Counted from the first letter of the stretch, positions 25,601 to 38,392 are shown. The stretch: DNA of 64,000 nucleotides from Cyanophora paradoxa CCMP329 (GCA_004431415.1 QPMI01000627.1:62001-126000), one strand, 5' to 3'. Notes: generated by a model from the letters alone, not told the origin. Made by a program: numbers and translations.

Positions 25601-26441
25601 CCGTACCCCCGCAGCGCTCTCGGCGTGCCCCGGGGCCGGGCTGGACCAGCACCACCTCATCCGGTACCCCTCCAGCGCCGAGGCGGTGGCCCGGGAGGCG
25701 CGTGCCGCACCCCTCTCCTTTGTTCCCCTCGGAAGCCGCCCCTGACGCGCTCATATGAGCAGGTCGATTCGGTCTGCGGCTCGGGCAACGCTAACGGCGT
25801 GTGGCGTGGGGCGGCCCCCAGTGTGCGTCCCGGCCCCCTCTCCGTTCCCCTGTCCTTCCGGCCCCGGCAGCGGAGCAGGCGGGGCTTAAGTTCAGATTGA
25901 GATTGAGATTCCTCTGCTTGACATAATGATTCTCCCGCACCCTTCTCTCGCCTACGATCTCGAGCTTTTAGATTATTTTAAATCTCGCCCAAGATTTCTG
26001 ATTCTAAAGCGTGTGCCTTTCGCCTACGATTCCTCCACTCTCCTTCTGACTCTCCTTCTTTCGCCGCAGGCGGAGCTGCAGCCGTCCGTGGCGGCGTTCT
26101 TCGAGGCGCGCGTACCCCCCGTGGACGCCCCCCTCGAGGGGCTCGGCATCGCCTCCTCGTCGGCCACCGTACCCCCCGCCGAGGCCGCCGGCTCCTCCCC
26201 CTCCCCCTCCTCCTCGGAGGTGTCCGAGGCGGCCGCGAAGCGGCGGGCGGAGTACCTGGAGGGACAGAAGCCGGGGGAGCCCGGGGGTGCGCTGGCTCTG
26301 CCCCGCTACATCTTCGCGGCCCGCCCGCCGGCGTTGCTCGGCATGGGCCTGGCCCCGGGCCTGGGTCAGGGCCAGGGCCAGGGCGGGGCGCCCTCGGGCT
26401 CGGGTTCGGGGCCCTCCGGCCCCCGAGGCCCGGCCCGCTGA
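19699..26441 (+). CDS. Large multi-exon gene (possibly two genes) containing an F-box motif; otherwise unknown
   Basis: F-box-like DFLSLLPPELWRLVLSRLSPFELRPVRLACSALRRFA at ~23995-24110; Ser-rich N-terminus; basic NLS-like PKKHR/NKRKA near 20815-20885; many short introns. Exon chain not fully resolved. Confidence 0.5.
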
Positions 26442-27633
26442 CCACGAAACCGGCTAGTCCGTGAGGAGGATAGGAGGAGCCTTCGAATTCGGAGCAAAAG
26501 ATAGACAAACGTCACCAGATAGATACTCTCTTCGCTCATAGAAGCGTCCAGCTTATTTTAGAAATTGGTTTCGTCTCTTGAGACCGATCTGGCAGGCCAG
26601 TTCGTCACTAGTATGCCTTTGTATGTGCGCGCGCTTTCGATCTTATATGCTAGTAACTAGTATGTAGGGCCCGCTGTCGCCAGCGTTCTGGCCAGCGGAC
26701 TCCCCAGTGTTTATTCCTTTAGTAGTTCACTGAGATTTATGCGTATTTCTACATTCTTTGCGTCTCTGCCAGCGGACTCTGATGTTTCTTCCTTCATGAT
26801 CCGATCATCAGCAGTTCGCTGAGATTTCGTGTCCAATTCGGACCTCCGACAGCAAGTCCTGAGTCCGATGTTCTTACCCATGAGAACATGTGCACGAGTT
26901 TAAACTCGCCAACTCGCCGAGTCGAGCTCTGAGATTTAGTTTACAATATGCGCATGACGCAGTGCGCATTCCCCGCGGGTCCCCGGGGGGGGGGGGGGGG
27001 GGGGGGGGGCCGCCCGTGCCCAGCTGCAGCATGCATATGGCAGGACCCTAGGCCTGCATTGCCCCCTCGCGAGCTCCGGGATCCCGCCGGGGGCCGCGCT
27101 CTAGCTGCCGCATGCACACTGTGTGACATGCAATGTGACACGGTGCAGGGCCTGCATCATGGCCCAGTGCGGGCCAGTGGGCTACATGCGATGATGCCGT
27201 GATCATGATGATCATGAGTACCCGGGCCCGGCGGGGCGTCGGGCGCGAGGCCGGGGGAGAGAGGCGCGGGGAAGGGAGCCCGGGTGAGGGGCGGGGCTAC
27301 ACCTACGCCGGATGATCACGTCGACCAGTTCGCGATTGCAAGCACGCGAGGTGAAGAATAAAATACAATTCCATTGGAGGAGATACAGTACTACAGTACA
27401 AGAATTTGAAACAGATCTGAATATCACATGTAATCACTCCACATGCTCTACACTGAGATCAGAACGACTTTTCTGATCAATGAATTTGATGGAGGAGAGG
27501 CGAAGAAATTATACGGGATCGCTTGTGGGATCGATGCAACGCATTGAAACTAGGGCAGGGCGAGGCGACGGGGCAAGGCGAGGAAGGGGGAGCTCGAGGG
27601 GAGAGGCGCGGGGAATTCGAGGGGGGGGGCCGC

Positions 27634-29739
27634 TTATGCGGCGCCGGTGTTGAAGACGGCCTGGGCGAGGGCGTAGTAGAGGGGGATGCCGATGGTGATG
27701 TTGAAGGGGAAGGTGATGGCGAGCGAGGTGGTGACGTAGTACGAGGGGTTGGCGTCGGGGATGGCGATGCGGACGGCCGCCGGCGCCGCGATGTACGAGG
27801 CCGAGGCGGCGAGGGCGGCGAGGACGGTGGAGCCGCCGACCGAGAGGCCGAACTGGTGGCCGATCAAGACGCCGAGCGAGCCGTTGATGATGGGCGCCAG
27901 GATGGCGAAGACGGCGAGCGAGGGGCCGACCGAGAGGAAGTCGCGGAAGCGGTTGCCGGCGATGAGGCCGAGCTCGAGCAGGAACATGAGGAGGATGCCC
28001 TGGAACGGCTGCACGAAGAAGGGCGAGACCTTCTTGAAGCCCTCCTCGCCGCAGACCCAGCCGATGATGAGGCCGCCGATGAGCAGGATGATCGACTTGC
28101 CGTAGAGCACGTCAGCGATGGCCTCCTTGAGGCGCTCCGACGACGATGTCTTCTTCTCCTCCGACGCGGCCGCCGCGCCGGTCGCCTGGTCCCCAATCAT
28201 CACCTGAGGGGGGCCGAGTCAGCCGCGGCCAAGGCGTGGAGGGGGGCAGGGCGGGGGCGGGGCGGGCCTGCTCAGACTTGGCGTCCATGGAGACGAGGGG
28301 GCCCGGGGAGAGCGACTCGACGGGGCGCGGGACGTACTCCTTCTCGGACACGTCCTCATCCTCCGGCTCGCCCTTGAGGTACGCGTACGTCAGCAGCGCG
28401 ATGATGATGCCTGCCGCCCCGCGTCAGACGAGCGCCGAACGCGCGGGGGATGCGGCGGGGGCGGACCGGGGATCTCGAGGAGGGTGAGGAGGGCGGGCAT
28501 GTACCCCTCGACGGAGACCTTGTTCAGCTCCATGAACGTGAGCGACGCGATGAACGTCACGGCCGACGTCGACGCGTAGTGGGCCGCCATCGCTGCGCGC
28601 GCGCCTCAGCGGGGGTACGGCGCGGGGCGGGGTAAGGGCAGGGGCGGGGCGGACCGCAGGCGTCCTCGAGGGAGAGCTTGAGCCAGTTCTTGAGGACGAA
28701 GAAGGTCCACGCCGGCGCGATGCAGCCGAGCAGCAGCGTGCCGAACGCCGGGCCCGCCAGCGTCGACAGGTCCGCCACTGCGCGCGCGCGGCCCGTCAGC
28801 GCCGGCGTCGAGGGGCGGGGGCGGGGCGGGGGGCACCGTTGGCGACGGCGACGCCACCCTTGAGGCCGAGGGCGAGGAGGAGGTAGATGGAGATGGACGA
28901 CTGGTAGCCGGCGGGGAAGGAGAGGTCCGAGCGAACGAAGGCGGCAATCGCGCCGAGGAAGAACGCCTGCCCCCGGCCCCGCGTCGGCCCCGGCCAGGCC
29001 CGGCCCGGCGCCCAGCGGCCGGCGGCGCTGCGCACCAGCACGGCGGGCGACTTGAGGTTGGCGGCCGCGAGGGCGGCCTGCGACGCCGGCGCGTCCGCGG
29101 CGAGGGTCAGCGACTGCGCGACGGTCTTCTCCGCCGCCGCCGAGAGGCTCGAGAGCGTGTTCACGTCCAGGAACTTGGACGCCGCGCCCGTCATCGACGG
29201 GATCTCGAGGCCCGCCGGCGCTGCCCAGGGAGGCAATCATTAGCCCCGTCCCGGCCCCGCGCGCGCGCGCGACGCCGCTCGGCCGGCGCACCATTGCCGC
29301 TCGCCTGGATGGTGCTGAGGAAGCGCTGGGCCGGGGCCGAGAGCACCGACTTCCTGCGCGCGCCCCGCGTCAGCCTCCCGCCCGGCCCGCATACGTCGCC
29401 CCGAGGCGGCGCGGGGAGGGCGCGGCGGGCCCTAGGCATGTCGACGCTCCGTCGACGTCTAGAGGAGCGGCCAAGGGTCGCGTACGCGCGCGCGACGGCC
29501 CCGATCCGGCGCGCGACGGCCGCGACGCTCCAGCCCGGGTTCGCCTAGGCCCTCCCTGGGCGCGGCGGAGCGGGCACGCACTTGCTGACGGCCTCGCCGG
29601 CGAGGAAAGAGCGGCCAAGGACGACCTTGCGGCTGGTGAGGCCGGTCGCGCGCGGCTGGACGGCGACGCGCGCGGCCCGGAGGACCGGCGCGGCCTGGGT
29701 CGACGCGGCGTGGGACGGGGTCGGAACGACGAACGCCAT
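27634..29739 (-). CDS. sbtA: SbtA-family sodium-dependent bicarbonate transporter with plastid transit peptide, copy A (8 exons)
   Basis: Family motifs SPAVLAFFLG..VRSDL, SIYLLLALGLKGG, AAHYASTSAVTF, LLEIPGII, KSIILLIGG, FLLELGLIAG, ASASYIAAPAAVRIAIPDANPSYYVTTSLAITFPFNITIGIPLY. N-terminal MAFVVPT...SFLAG...TIQA leader. Confidence 0.92.
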
Positions 29740-29935
29740 CTCTACTCTAGCTTCTCTGCTGACTGCCTAGAACGTCTGCCCGAACAGGTCTTTAGCCGCG
29801 CCTTTTACGCGGAATTATACGGCGACGGTCCAAGTATTGTCCCCTTTTACGACCCCGCGTTGCAACCTAGTCCATCGCCCTACCCCCCGAGTGGCCCCTT
29901 CGCTGGCCCCTCGCGGTCGTAGAGTCGCTACCGTT
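29740..29935 (-). promoter_or_regulatory. Upstream region of SbtA copy A, homologous to the Trx-B/SbtA-B intergenic promoter
   Basis: Reverse-complement similarity to ~41790-42010, including TTTTACG at 29803 and 29845 and GGAATTATA. Confidence 0.55.
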
Positions 29936-30349
29936 CATGCGATCAGCGGCCGCGCGCGGCTTGCTGCGCGCGACGTCAGCGAGCCGGCGCGAGCTGCGGC
30001 CGACTCGCTTCCAACCGCGCGCCACGCGCCCGCGCTGCGCGGCGGCCATGGCCATATGCGCCTGCAGCTGCCTTCGCGCAGGGACGCCGACGTCGACGTC
30101 GCAGCGCGATCGGCAGCATACGTATACCGCAGTACTAGTATGCGTGCGCATGCGCAGCTCGAGCTAGCTGTGCTAAAAGCTATTGCGCCGGCGTGCGCGT
30201 AAGCTACAGCTATAGTTGCCCTGACGCGCGGCTCTTGCGTTAGCTATAGTGCTCGGTCCGGCGCCGTCGGCACACCGCAGCCTTTGGGGTTGGAAATTTA
30301 CACGGTCCATTCGATGCCCTATCGCTAGCGGCCCGCGGCGATAGCCCCG

Positions 30350-33138
30350 CTACATCTCGAGCCAGGCGCTCTCTTCCTCCGCCGCCGCCGCGCCCTCTAC
30401 TTCGCCTCCACCGCAGAAGTCCGCCTCGTGGGCCGCCGCCGCGAAAGACGCCGCCGCGGCGCCCTCGGCCAGCGTCGCGCCCCCCTCCCCCTCCTCCCCG
30501 CCCTCCTCGTCCTCCCCCTTCTTGGCGCCGCCGGAGCGCAGCCCCTCGAGCCGCTGCGGAACAGCTAAGCTTTAGGGGGCGCCCGGAAGAGCTGCTCGGC
30601 GAATCGAATTCGGATCAGGGACTCACGATGTCGGCGAACTCGCGGAGGGCCTCCGCCGTGCGCATGTCGTCGAAGCGCTCCGCGTCGTACTGGCCCCGCG
30701 CCGCCATCCGATGGTCAGACAGAGCCCAGCAGCTTCGAGGCTCAGGAGACGAGAGAGAGGCGGCCTAGGCCTAGGGCGCTCTGGAGGGTCTGACCTCGGG
30801 CCCGAAGGGGCGTGCCGCCACTCAAACTAAGCAAGGAGACGCGCTCTAACTCTTACTCTAAACCAGCGAAGGCTCGAGGGGGGCAGGCTCTAAACGAGCT
30901 GGGCGCGCGCGCGCGGGTCCCACCTTGTTGTCGATCACGTCGGGCGTCTTCTTCGTGAGGAACACCACGTAGGGCACCCTGCCCCCGTTCACGGCGCCGG
31001 TCAGAGGCCTCTGCCCGAGGGGGGTACGGGACGCGCACCCGTCGATGGGGTACCCCGCCAGCTCGCCGATCTGCTGCTCCACGGAGTTGATCCTGCCCGC
31101 CCCCCGTCCGTCAGGGCCGGCGAACGGGTCGGGGGCAAGGGCCAGGCCGTTATACGAAGCGCCGCTTAGAGGGGCGGTGACGAATGTCATGTTCCGACCC
31201 CCGGGCCCGGGGGCGGGGGCGGGGGGTAGGGGGGTAGGGGGTTCCGGGGGGCGCGCCTGGCGACGGGGATCTTGCCGGCGACCTCGCGGGCGTAGTCCTC
31301 GTACTCCGGCGCGAACTTGTTGCAGTGGCCTGCGCCCCGGCGGCGGAGGCCCGCCCAGGCTCAAGGCTGGGCGGAGGCCGGCTACAGGGCCGGCTGCGGT
31401 CTGGTGAGCGGGCCGCACCGCACTCGGTCCAGTACGCCTCCACAAACATCGCGTCTGCGGGGGGGCCGGGGCGCCCGGGCGGTCAGGCCGGGCCGCGCGG
31501 AGGGGGGCGGGGCGGGGCGGGGCCTCGGGAGCCAGGGGGCCCGTGGGGGTAGGGGTGCAGAAGGCGGGGGGCGGGCCCCGGCGGGCGAAGGGGGGCGCCC
31601 CCGCGGGCTCTGGTGGGCGGGCGGGCGGGTAGGGTGCGGCTGGAAGCGAAGGGAGAGGATCGGCGTGGGTACGAAACGAGGTAAGGGCGAGATAGGGAAG
31701 GCGAATCGGAAGTGTCGGAGGGGCGAAGCGAAGGGGGGCGGATGGCGGGAGAGCTCGGCGGTCGTCGAGGGGAACGATAGCTTGGGTGGGAGACAATTGG
31801 GTGGAGTAGGAGGGGCGGGGGAGGCGGGCGGGTCCCGGCTCGAGCCCCCTCTCTAGACAGGCCCGGGCCCCCTCGTGGGGTGGGGCGGGGCCTCGGGGGG
31901 TAGGGGCTCGGTGGGGCTAGGGAGTGAGAAGGCGGGGGGCGGGCCCCGGCGGGCGAAGAGGCGGGCGGCCCGGGTAGGGTGGCTTGGTTAGGAAATGAGA
32001 TAAAGGCGATATAGGGAAGGCGGAAGAGAAGGGTCGCAGGGGCGAAGGAGGCGGGACCCTAGCGCATGGCGGGAAAGCCCGGCGGGTGACGGGCGCACCG
32101 CCGGGGAGGTCGCCCTCCTCCTGCGCCGCGATGAGCGCCTCGAGGTCCGCCGCGCTCCCGAGCTCGATCACCTGCGCGCCGGGGGCTCAGCTAGGGGGGA
32201 GGCGGGAGGTGGAGCTCAGCTGAGGCCATCGAGGGAGGGCGGGGTGGGGGTGGGAAGGGGAGGGGGGGGGAAGGGCCGCGCCCGGCCTCCGTTGAGAGCT
32301 CAGACGAGGCCTTGCAGGGGCGTGGGGGTGGAGGCGGCTGCGAGCGCCCGTCCCTCCTTGTCGCCGTCTAGTACTAATGGAAGGCTCTCTGCCAGGCTCC
32401 GTTCGAGGTAATGAAAGCGCACGACCGCCATTACTACAACACCTAGAGGGCAAAGCTTCTACGCGTGTCCCCCGTATAAACTGGCGGCTGGCGCTTCTGG
32501 AAGTCTATGCTAGGCACCCTTCGAGGCCAATGGCTACAATGCCCGTGCACGTTTCTAGGGATCCCGGATTCGTTTTAGGCTTCCCTCGAGGCCTCTAGTT
32601 CCCCGAATAAACGAGAGCGCGCGCCCGCCCCGCCTCGACGGCGGCCTTCGCCTCCTCGATGTCGATCGTGGCCCCCCGCGCCGCCGCCTCGCTCGCCGTC
32701 TTCTCCTTCTGCGGGGGCGCGTCGGTTGGCGGTGTTGGAGCGCCTCTCCCTCTTATTCTCCAGGGCCGCTCTTCCCTGACAGACGCAGATCTCGAAACGC
32801 GTCTCTCCCATCTTTGGACGCGCGGAAAGCGTCTATGAGGGATCCCACTCGACGCGGCTAAGCTGGCGCTAGTTCTCCCCGCTACTATCCCAGAGGGGCG
32901 GGCGGGCGGGCGGGCGGGCGGGGCGCACGGCAGGGGCGCGGCGGTCGATGCCGCAGTTCTCGGCGATGTACTCCTTCAGCCCGTCGACCGTCCGGTCCCC
33001 CAGGTACTCTGTACCCGGCCCCGCCGCGCGCGCCTCAGCGGGACGGCCCGAGGGGCGGGGCGCGGCGGGGCTGGGCGGGGCGGGGCGGGGCGGCGGAGGC
33101 TCGGCGTGGAGAGCTAGCTAGCATTTGGGGGCGGCAGA

Positions 33139-33173
<35 letters not shown>

Positions 33174-33975
33174 ACCCTCAGTATCGAACTTGTAGTCCAC
33201 CTCCCCCGGCGTTTTCTGGCGCCCTCGGTCGGCCCGAGGGGCGGACAGCGCGGGGGGTACCGGCGCACCTTCTCCAGGAAGACGAACGAGGGGTACCCGT
33301 GGATGTCCTGGCCCCCGATGGTCGTGATGCCGGCCTCGGCAGCGTCTGCGGCCGCCCGCCCAAACGCCCGTCAGCGCTCCGCCGGCGGCCTACCCGCCCT
33401 CCCCAGAGAGGTCGCACCGATGCGAGCGATGACCATCTGCGGCGGGGCGGGGCGGGGCGGGGCGGGGCGACGCGTGCCGAGGCTAGGCGGGCGGAGGCAC
33501 GCGCAGGGGCGCTAGCTTCTATCGGCGAGCCCCTATGAACGCCTAGCTACGGCGCGGGCACGGCCGCAGTGCGCCCGAGCACCTTGCCCTTGACGCCGTC
33601 GGCGGCGGCGAGGCTCTCATAGACGGACTTGGCCTTCATGCAGTGCCTGCACCAGGAAGCGTAGCCCTCCACCATCAGGCAGTCTGCGGTCCGCCGCTAA
33701 GCCGCGGACCGAAGCTTCCGAAGTTCGCGGCGCCAACGGGCGCCGGGCTCAAGCCCGGGCTCTAGACGAGGGCGCCGGGCGCACCGCCGGGGAGCTCCCC
33801 ATCCTCGACCGCGACGAGGAGGTCCTCCAGCTCCTGCAGGCGAGTCAGCAGCGGCGGCTGGCGCGAGCCGAAGTTGCGGCGCGCCTTCGTTGCTATTCAG
33901 CTCTATGACGCGGCCCTCCGCGACGGCGCGCTTCGCCGCCGGCACATCGAAGTCTGTCAGCGGCTCTGACGACAT
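30350..33975 (-). CDS. Two-domain thioredoxin/PDI-like protein, copy A (apparent +1 nt at end of exon 1; possible pseudogene or assembly error)
   Basis: Exons colinear with copy B: WCRHC and ECGHC sites, IHGYPSFVF, acidic tail ending SAWLEM-TAG. Exon 1 ends AAC GAA G|gc versus AAC GAG|gc in copy B. Confidence 0.75.
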
Positions 33976-36110
33976 AGCTGGTAGTTGTGGGACGGGCGCG
34001 GCGGCGGGCGCGGCGGTTAGCTCGAATTCGAAGTGCGCATCCCCGGCGGTGCCACGACTGCTAGCTCGGCGCACCGGTAGCGAGCGCGAGGGGACAGCGA
34101 AGGGGCCACCAGGCCGCCACCTGCATGGGGGGATAAGGCGACGGGCCAGCTTGCCCCGAGAAGCTGAGCCGAGGGCGTCAGGCGCCCTCGCGCTGTTGGT
34201 CTCGCAAGGCGTGGTGCCGCTTTTGCTGAACAGCTGTGTACCCCGAATCCGCAGCATTACAGAGCCTTTTCATGTTTGAAGAGCACGCAGGGCAAGAACT
34301 GGCTCCTTGAATCACAACAGCTGCAGGGCAAGAATTGGAACCATCTGGCTAAAGATGGAACCTCGGTGCGTCGGCGCTAGGCTTTTCACCCGTGCAGGTG
34401 ACGCCAAGTCGGCGAGCCTTTAGCGCGAACGACGCTCGAAGACACCCATTTGCATCGTCTCGCGCCCCCCGCGTGTCGCCGGCCTGATCTCAATCGCATA
34501 GCGCTGCTCCAGCGCGGAGGATCCCGCTCGTGGCGGAGAACGCTCGTGAACGCGTCGTCCTTGCCTCTTCAAGCCCCCTTGATCTGCATTCGTTGCCCGG
34601 ACACCGCCGGCGAGTGTTCTTGCGGTTGACAGGCACGCGCGAAAAGGAGACGGCGGGGGCCTAGGCGAAGCAAGGTGCTTTCCGTTTCCTCTCCTTGGAT
34701 CCAATCCCTCATTCCGCTGGCGGGTCAGGGAACGGTGACTCGTCCACACGAGCAGAGCATCACCACCCAGTTCGCCAAGCGTCTTCTCCCGCAGGGCCGG
34801 TGCTCGCTCTTGTTTCAGTTATTTTCGCTTCGATGTTGTTGTGACGCCGGCCGCGTGCGCAGCGGACCGGGTGGCGTTCTCGGACGAGTGGCTGGCTGCT
34901 GGACGCCCTCGGAGTTCATGCGCTTGCGGCCTCTGGGGCGCAGGTGCGGCAGGCGCGGTCGTTTATCGGCATTCTTCTCTTCTTTCGGTTGACGCTCCGA
35001 GCGCAGCGAGCGCTGCGCCTTCGGCATCGCGGTCGAGGGATGCCGGACCGGCCCGGACGCGGCGCGAGCCAGCCTGTTGCTCACTCTCCTCGCTGTGGTG
35101 CACAGCGGTCCGTTTGCCGGTCACCACTCGCTAATCTTCGTTTGATACGCCCGCTGACCGTGATGCGCGCAGCGCGGCGAGCGCAGCAAGGTGCCGGTAA
35201 TCTCATGGGAGCTGCGACCTGCAGGACAGAGATGCAGTGCTTCCCTGGAGGCCGCTGCATCCCGGGTTTTCTTTTGTATTCGTAGCTGCAGCCCAAAAGC
35301 TAGATAGAGCTGGGTTTTTCTCAAAATTGTCTGTTCCCGGAGATTTTTTGCTGCATGCTGCAGCCTGCAGGCCTCGCGCCTCTTTAGCCTACGTATACGA
35401 ATCGACGCAGTTCTCCACGCGCTAGTGCGAGAGAGATCACTCGCTACACGCTCTGCGGCACGAGTCTAGTGCACACTGAATAGGCGCGCCGGCCGGGCGC
35501 CGTGCGCATACACCGTGGCACGCGCGCGCAGCAGTACTGGTGCGTAACAGTGCGCATGCGCATGCGCATGCTGGCCGGCCGCCAGATCCCCGGACGCCGA
35601 ATTTTAATCGGGAAAAAGTATGGACCGTCGGACAAGCCGAATTTTGGACAGCTGCAGGCTAACATGCAGAGCGCGTGCCGGGCGCCGAATTTTGGACAAG
35701 CTCACAGACATGCTAGCTTTGTTCAGGCGCCGCGGCGACGCCAACAGCTTTAAAATACAGCTTCCATTTCCCATATGTTACAAGATTCACAAAGGGGGTG
35801 AACGAGAGTTAGTCCTCGTTTTTGCGCGACGCGGGCACTGTGCGGAATGGTGCAGGGAGGGCGAGGCCAATGGAGAAAAAGTTCATGCCAATCTGTGCAC
35901 CGGCTCGCCCGGAGAAGACCAAACCCGTGGCCTTCTGGAGAGCAATCCGCTTGTCGCAGAAGGCGTACACGCAGGTGCAGGCAAGCGCGCCCGTCGCGTT
36001 CACCGAACGCCTATCCAGCACAAGGCGTGTTAGATAGAAACGGAAGCCATCCAGCGCACCGCAAGTGTTATTGGGTGAGCGGAGTCTTCAGCGCACCACA
36101 AAGACGGGTC

Positions 36111-37373
36111 CTACGAGGACCGCGGAGTCCAAAATTGACGCAGGCGAAGATAAGCGGTGAAAAGAACTCTTTCGGGCTGCCGGTTTTTCACAACGTCAGG
36201 CATAAGAATATGCATTTGTGAAAGAACGAAAACGCTCGCCAGGGTCGCCCTTGCCATGGATGCATTCAGCGCTTCCTGCCCGAGGGCCGTCAGGGACGCG
36301 AAAGACGATTCACTTTGTGCTGGCGAGCGCGGACCTCGGCTTTCTTCTCCCGCTCCTGAACGTGCAACGCGTCAGCATCAGCGCCGGAAAGTCGATGCGC
36401 CTGGAAAGCGCGGACCTTGGCCTCCTTCTCCCGCTCCTAAACGTCGGAACGGGCATGATCAGCGTGGGCGCCACGCGCACGCGTGTGGAGAGGCCAATGC
36501 GATGCGCCGGCGAGCGCGGACCTCGGCTTTCTTTTCATTCTCCTGAACGTGCAACGCGTCAGCATCAGCGCCGGAAAGTTGATGCGCCTGGAAAGCGCGG
36601 ACCTTGGCCTCCTTCTCCCGCTCCTAAACGTCGGAACGGGCATGATCAGCGTGGGCGCCACGCGCACGCGTGTGGAGAGGCCAATGCGATGCGCCGGCGA
36701 GCGCGGACCTCGGCTTTCTTTTCATTCTCCTGAACGTGCAACGCGTCAGCATCAGCGCCGGAAAGTTGATGCGCCTGGAAAGCGCGGACCTTGGCCTCCT
36801 TCTCCCGCTCCTTAACGTCGGAACGGGCATGATTAGCGTGGGCGCCACGCGCACGCGTGTGGAGAGGCCAATGCGATGCGCCGGCGAGCGCGGACCTCGG
36901 CTTTCTTCTCCCGCTCCTGAACGTGCAACGCGTCAGCATCAGCGCCGGGAAAGTCGATGCGCCCGGAAAGCGCGGACCTTGACCTCCTTCTCCCGCCCCT
37001 GATCGTGGAAATCAGTGCTTAATCGACATTAAACCTGAAAGCACGAGAAGGCGAACCTTCAAGGCCTCTACTTCGGCCTAGCGCGCAGGGGGCATCAGCC
37101 GCAGTTGAAAGGCCGCGCTTGGCCGCAGACTTCACCTTAAGCTTTTCAATCAACGCCTGCTGATCGCCCGCGTCCACATTAGTGAAATCAAGCCAGGTAA
37201 GCAAGATGTGGTTACCTGATCAGAGCTCGCGTCCTGAGAGTTGCGCGCTTGTGCCTGCAAACGCATTGCTGACGATTGCGCTTGCGCCTGCCAGCGCAGA
37301 GGAAAGAACATACACGCTTATTTTCCTCAAGATCTGTGCTCGGTGGGATCGCCGACGAGTTGGGCGGCGCCAT
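36111..37373 (-). CDS. Orphan charged-helix/coiled-coil protein encoded by an array of 21-nt microexons (5' and 3' ends uncertain)
   Basis: Phase-0 exons, each bounded by AG and GT, most with branch-like CTGAC/CTGAT/CTAAT upstream: MAPPNSSAIPPSTDLEENKR|AQARNSQDASSDQ|(Q)ALIEKLK|AEVEALK|GREKEVK|EREKKAE|EREKEAK|ENEKKAE|EREKEAK|ENEKKAE|EREKEAK|EREKKAE|EALNASMARATL... Confidence 0.7.
36320..36998. repeat. 187-bp tandem repeat (~3.6 copies); each unit is two microexons plus two introns
   Basis: Period 187 (exons at 36416/36603/36790 and 36335/36522/36709/36896); 21+60+21+85 = 187. Confidence 0.95.
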
Positions 37374-38392
37374 CGGTTTTCACGGCGAGCGCCCTGGGCC
37401 CTTTTCTCGGCTATGAGGATGAAGGGCAGCGGACACCCTCGCTGGGGTGTCTCCGAGCTCACAAAAATGTACCCGCCAATACTTGGCCAGGTTGGCCTCA
37501 AGCCTCAGATAGCCTGTTTAGACAGTGGCCACTTGCCAGAGGCCAATGGCCAGGCCAGGCCAGCTTGGCGAGCTTGGCGGTTGCCATGGGTCGAACGCTA
37601 GCAGCGTGCACCCGCACCTTTAGAGCCGGGTGCCTCTCGCCCATTTGCGCATCGAGAAATTCTAGGCTTCTGTCACACCTGCTGGATCGGCCCGTTGCGA
37701 AAGGCTGGATGCTTGCTCCGCTGAATCGTCGTGAGCTCCCGGCTCCCTGCAAGCCTGTCTGCTTCCGGGCTCAGGTACTACGCAGCTGAGAAGTTGCTCA
37801 TCCGGGCTCAGGTACTGCGCAGCACCCCACTTTACATCAAAGGAATCTTTGAGCTAGGAGTCAATTGCAACTTCCATGCTCCTAGCTCGACCCGACGCGA
37901 TTTCGCGCAGCGGCTTCCCGGGGATTCCTTGCAGCTCCGCTAGTGCCTGGCGGCAGCGCGCTCGCGGAGCGCGCTACAACCGTTGAACCGCTCTCCGCCA
38001 GAAGCTACATGTACAGCGGAGCTCCGCGCTGTTGTGGTGCGTGCTCACCAGGGCGGCGGTTTCCTCCGGAGCTTAATACACAGTTTTAAATGTTTGTTCA
38101 ATGCGCGTTCTCACGTAGTTTTGCTTCCTCGCGTTTCAGGGACAGATCTGGCGCCTGGGAGGCGAGCTCGAGGGACGCCTTCGCGGGGATGGAGGACGGC
38201 CTCCTCGCCCAGGTGTTTACATTCAATATGTCATTTGCTCAAATATCGTCAAGCGTGTGCCATGAGCGCTAGCTCGAGGGGCGCTCGGGGGGAGCTTGGG
38301 GCGGGCGGGGGGTGGTGGGACCAGGCGGGCTCGACCTAACTTGTAATGAAGGGCTTCATAAAAAAGCTGTACATAGGCGGCGCAAGCCCGGT

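Noticed and set aside
34420-35084. Additional minus-strand gene between Trx-A and the microexon gene
   Set aside because: Short basic ORFs without a consistent splice chain or family motif; cannot be supported.
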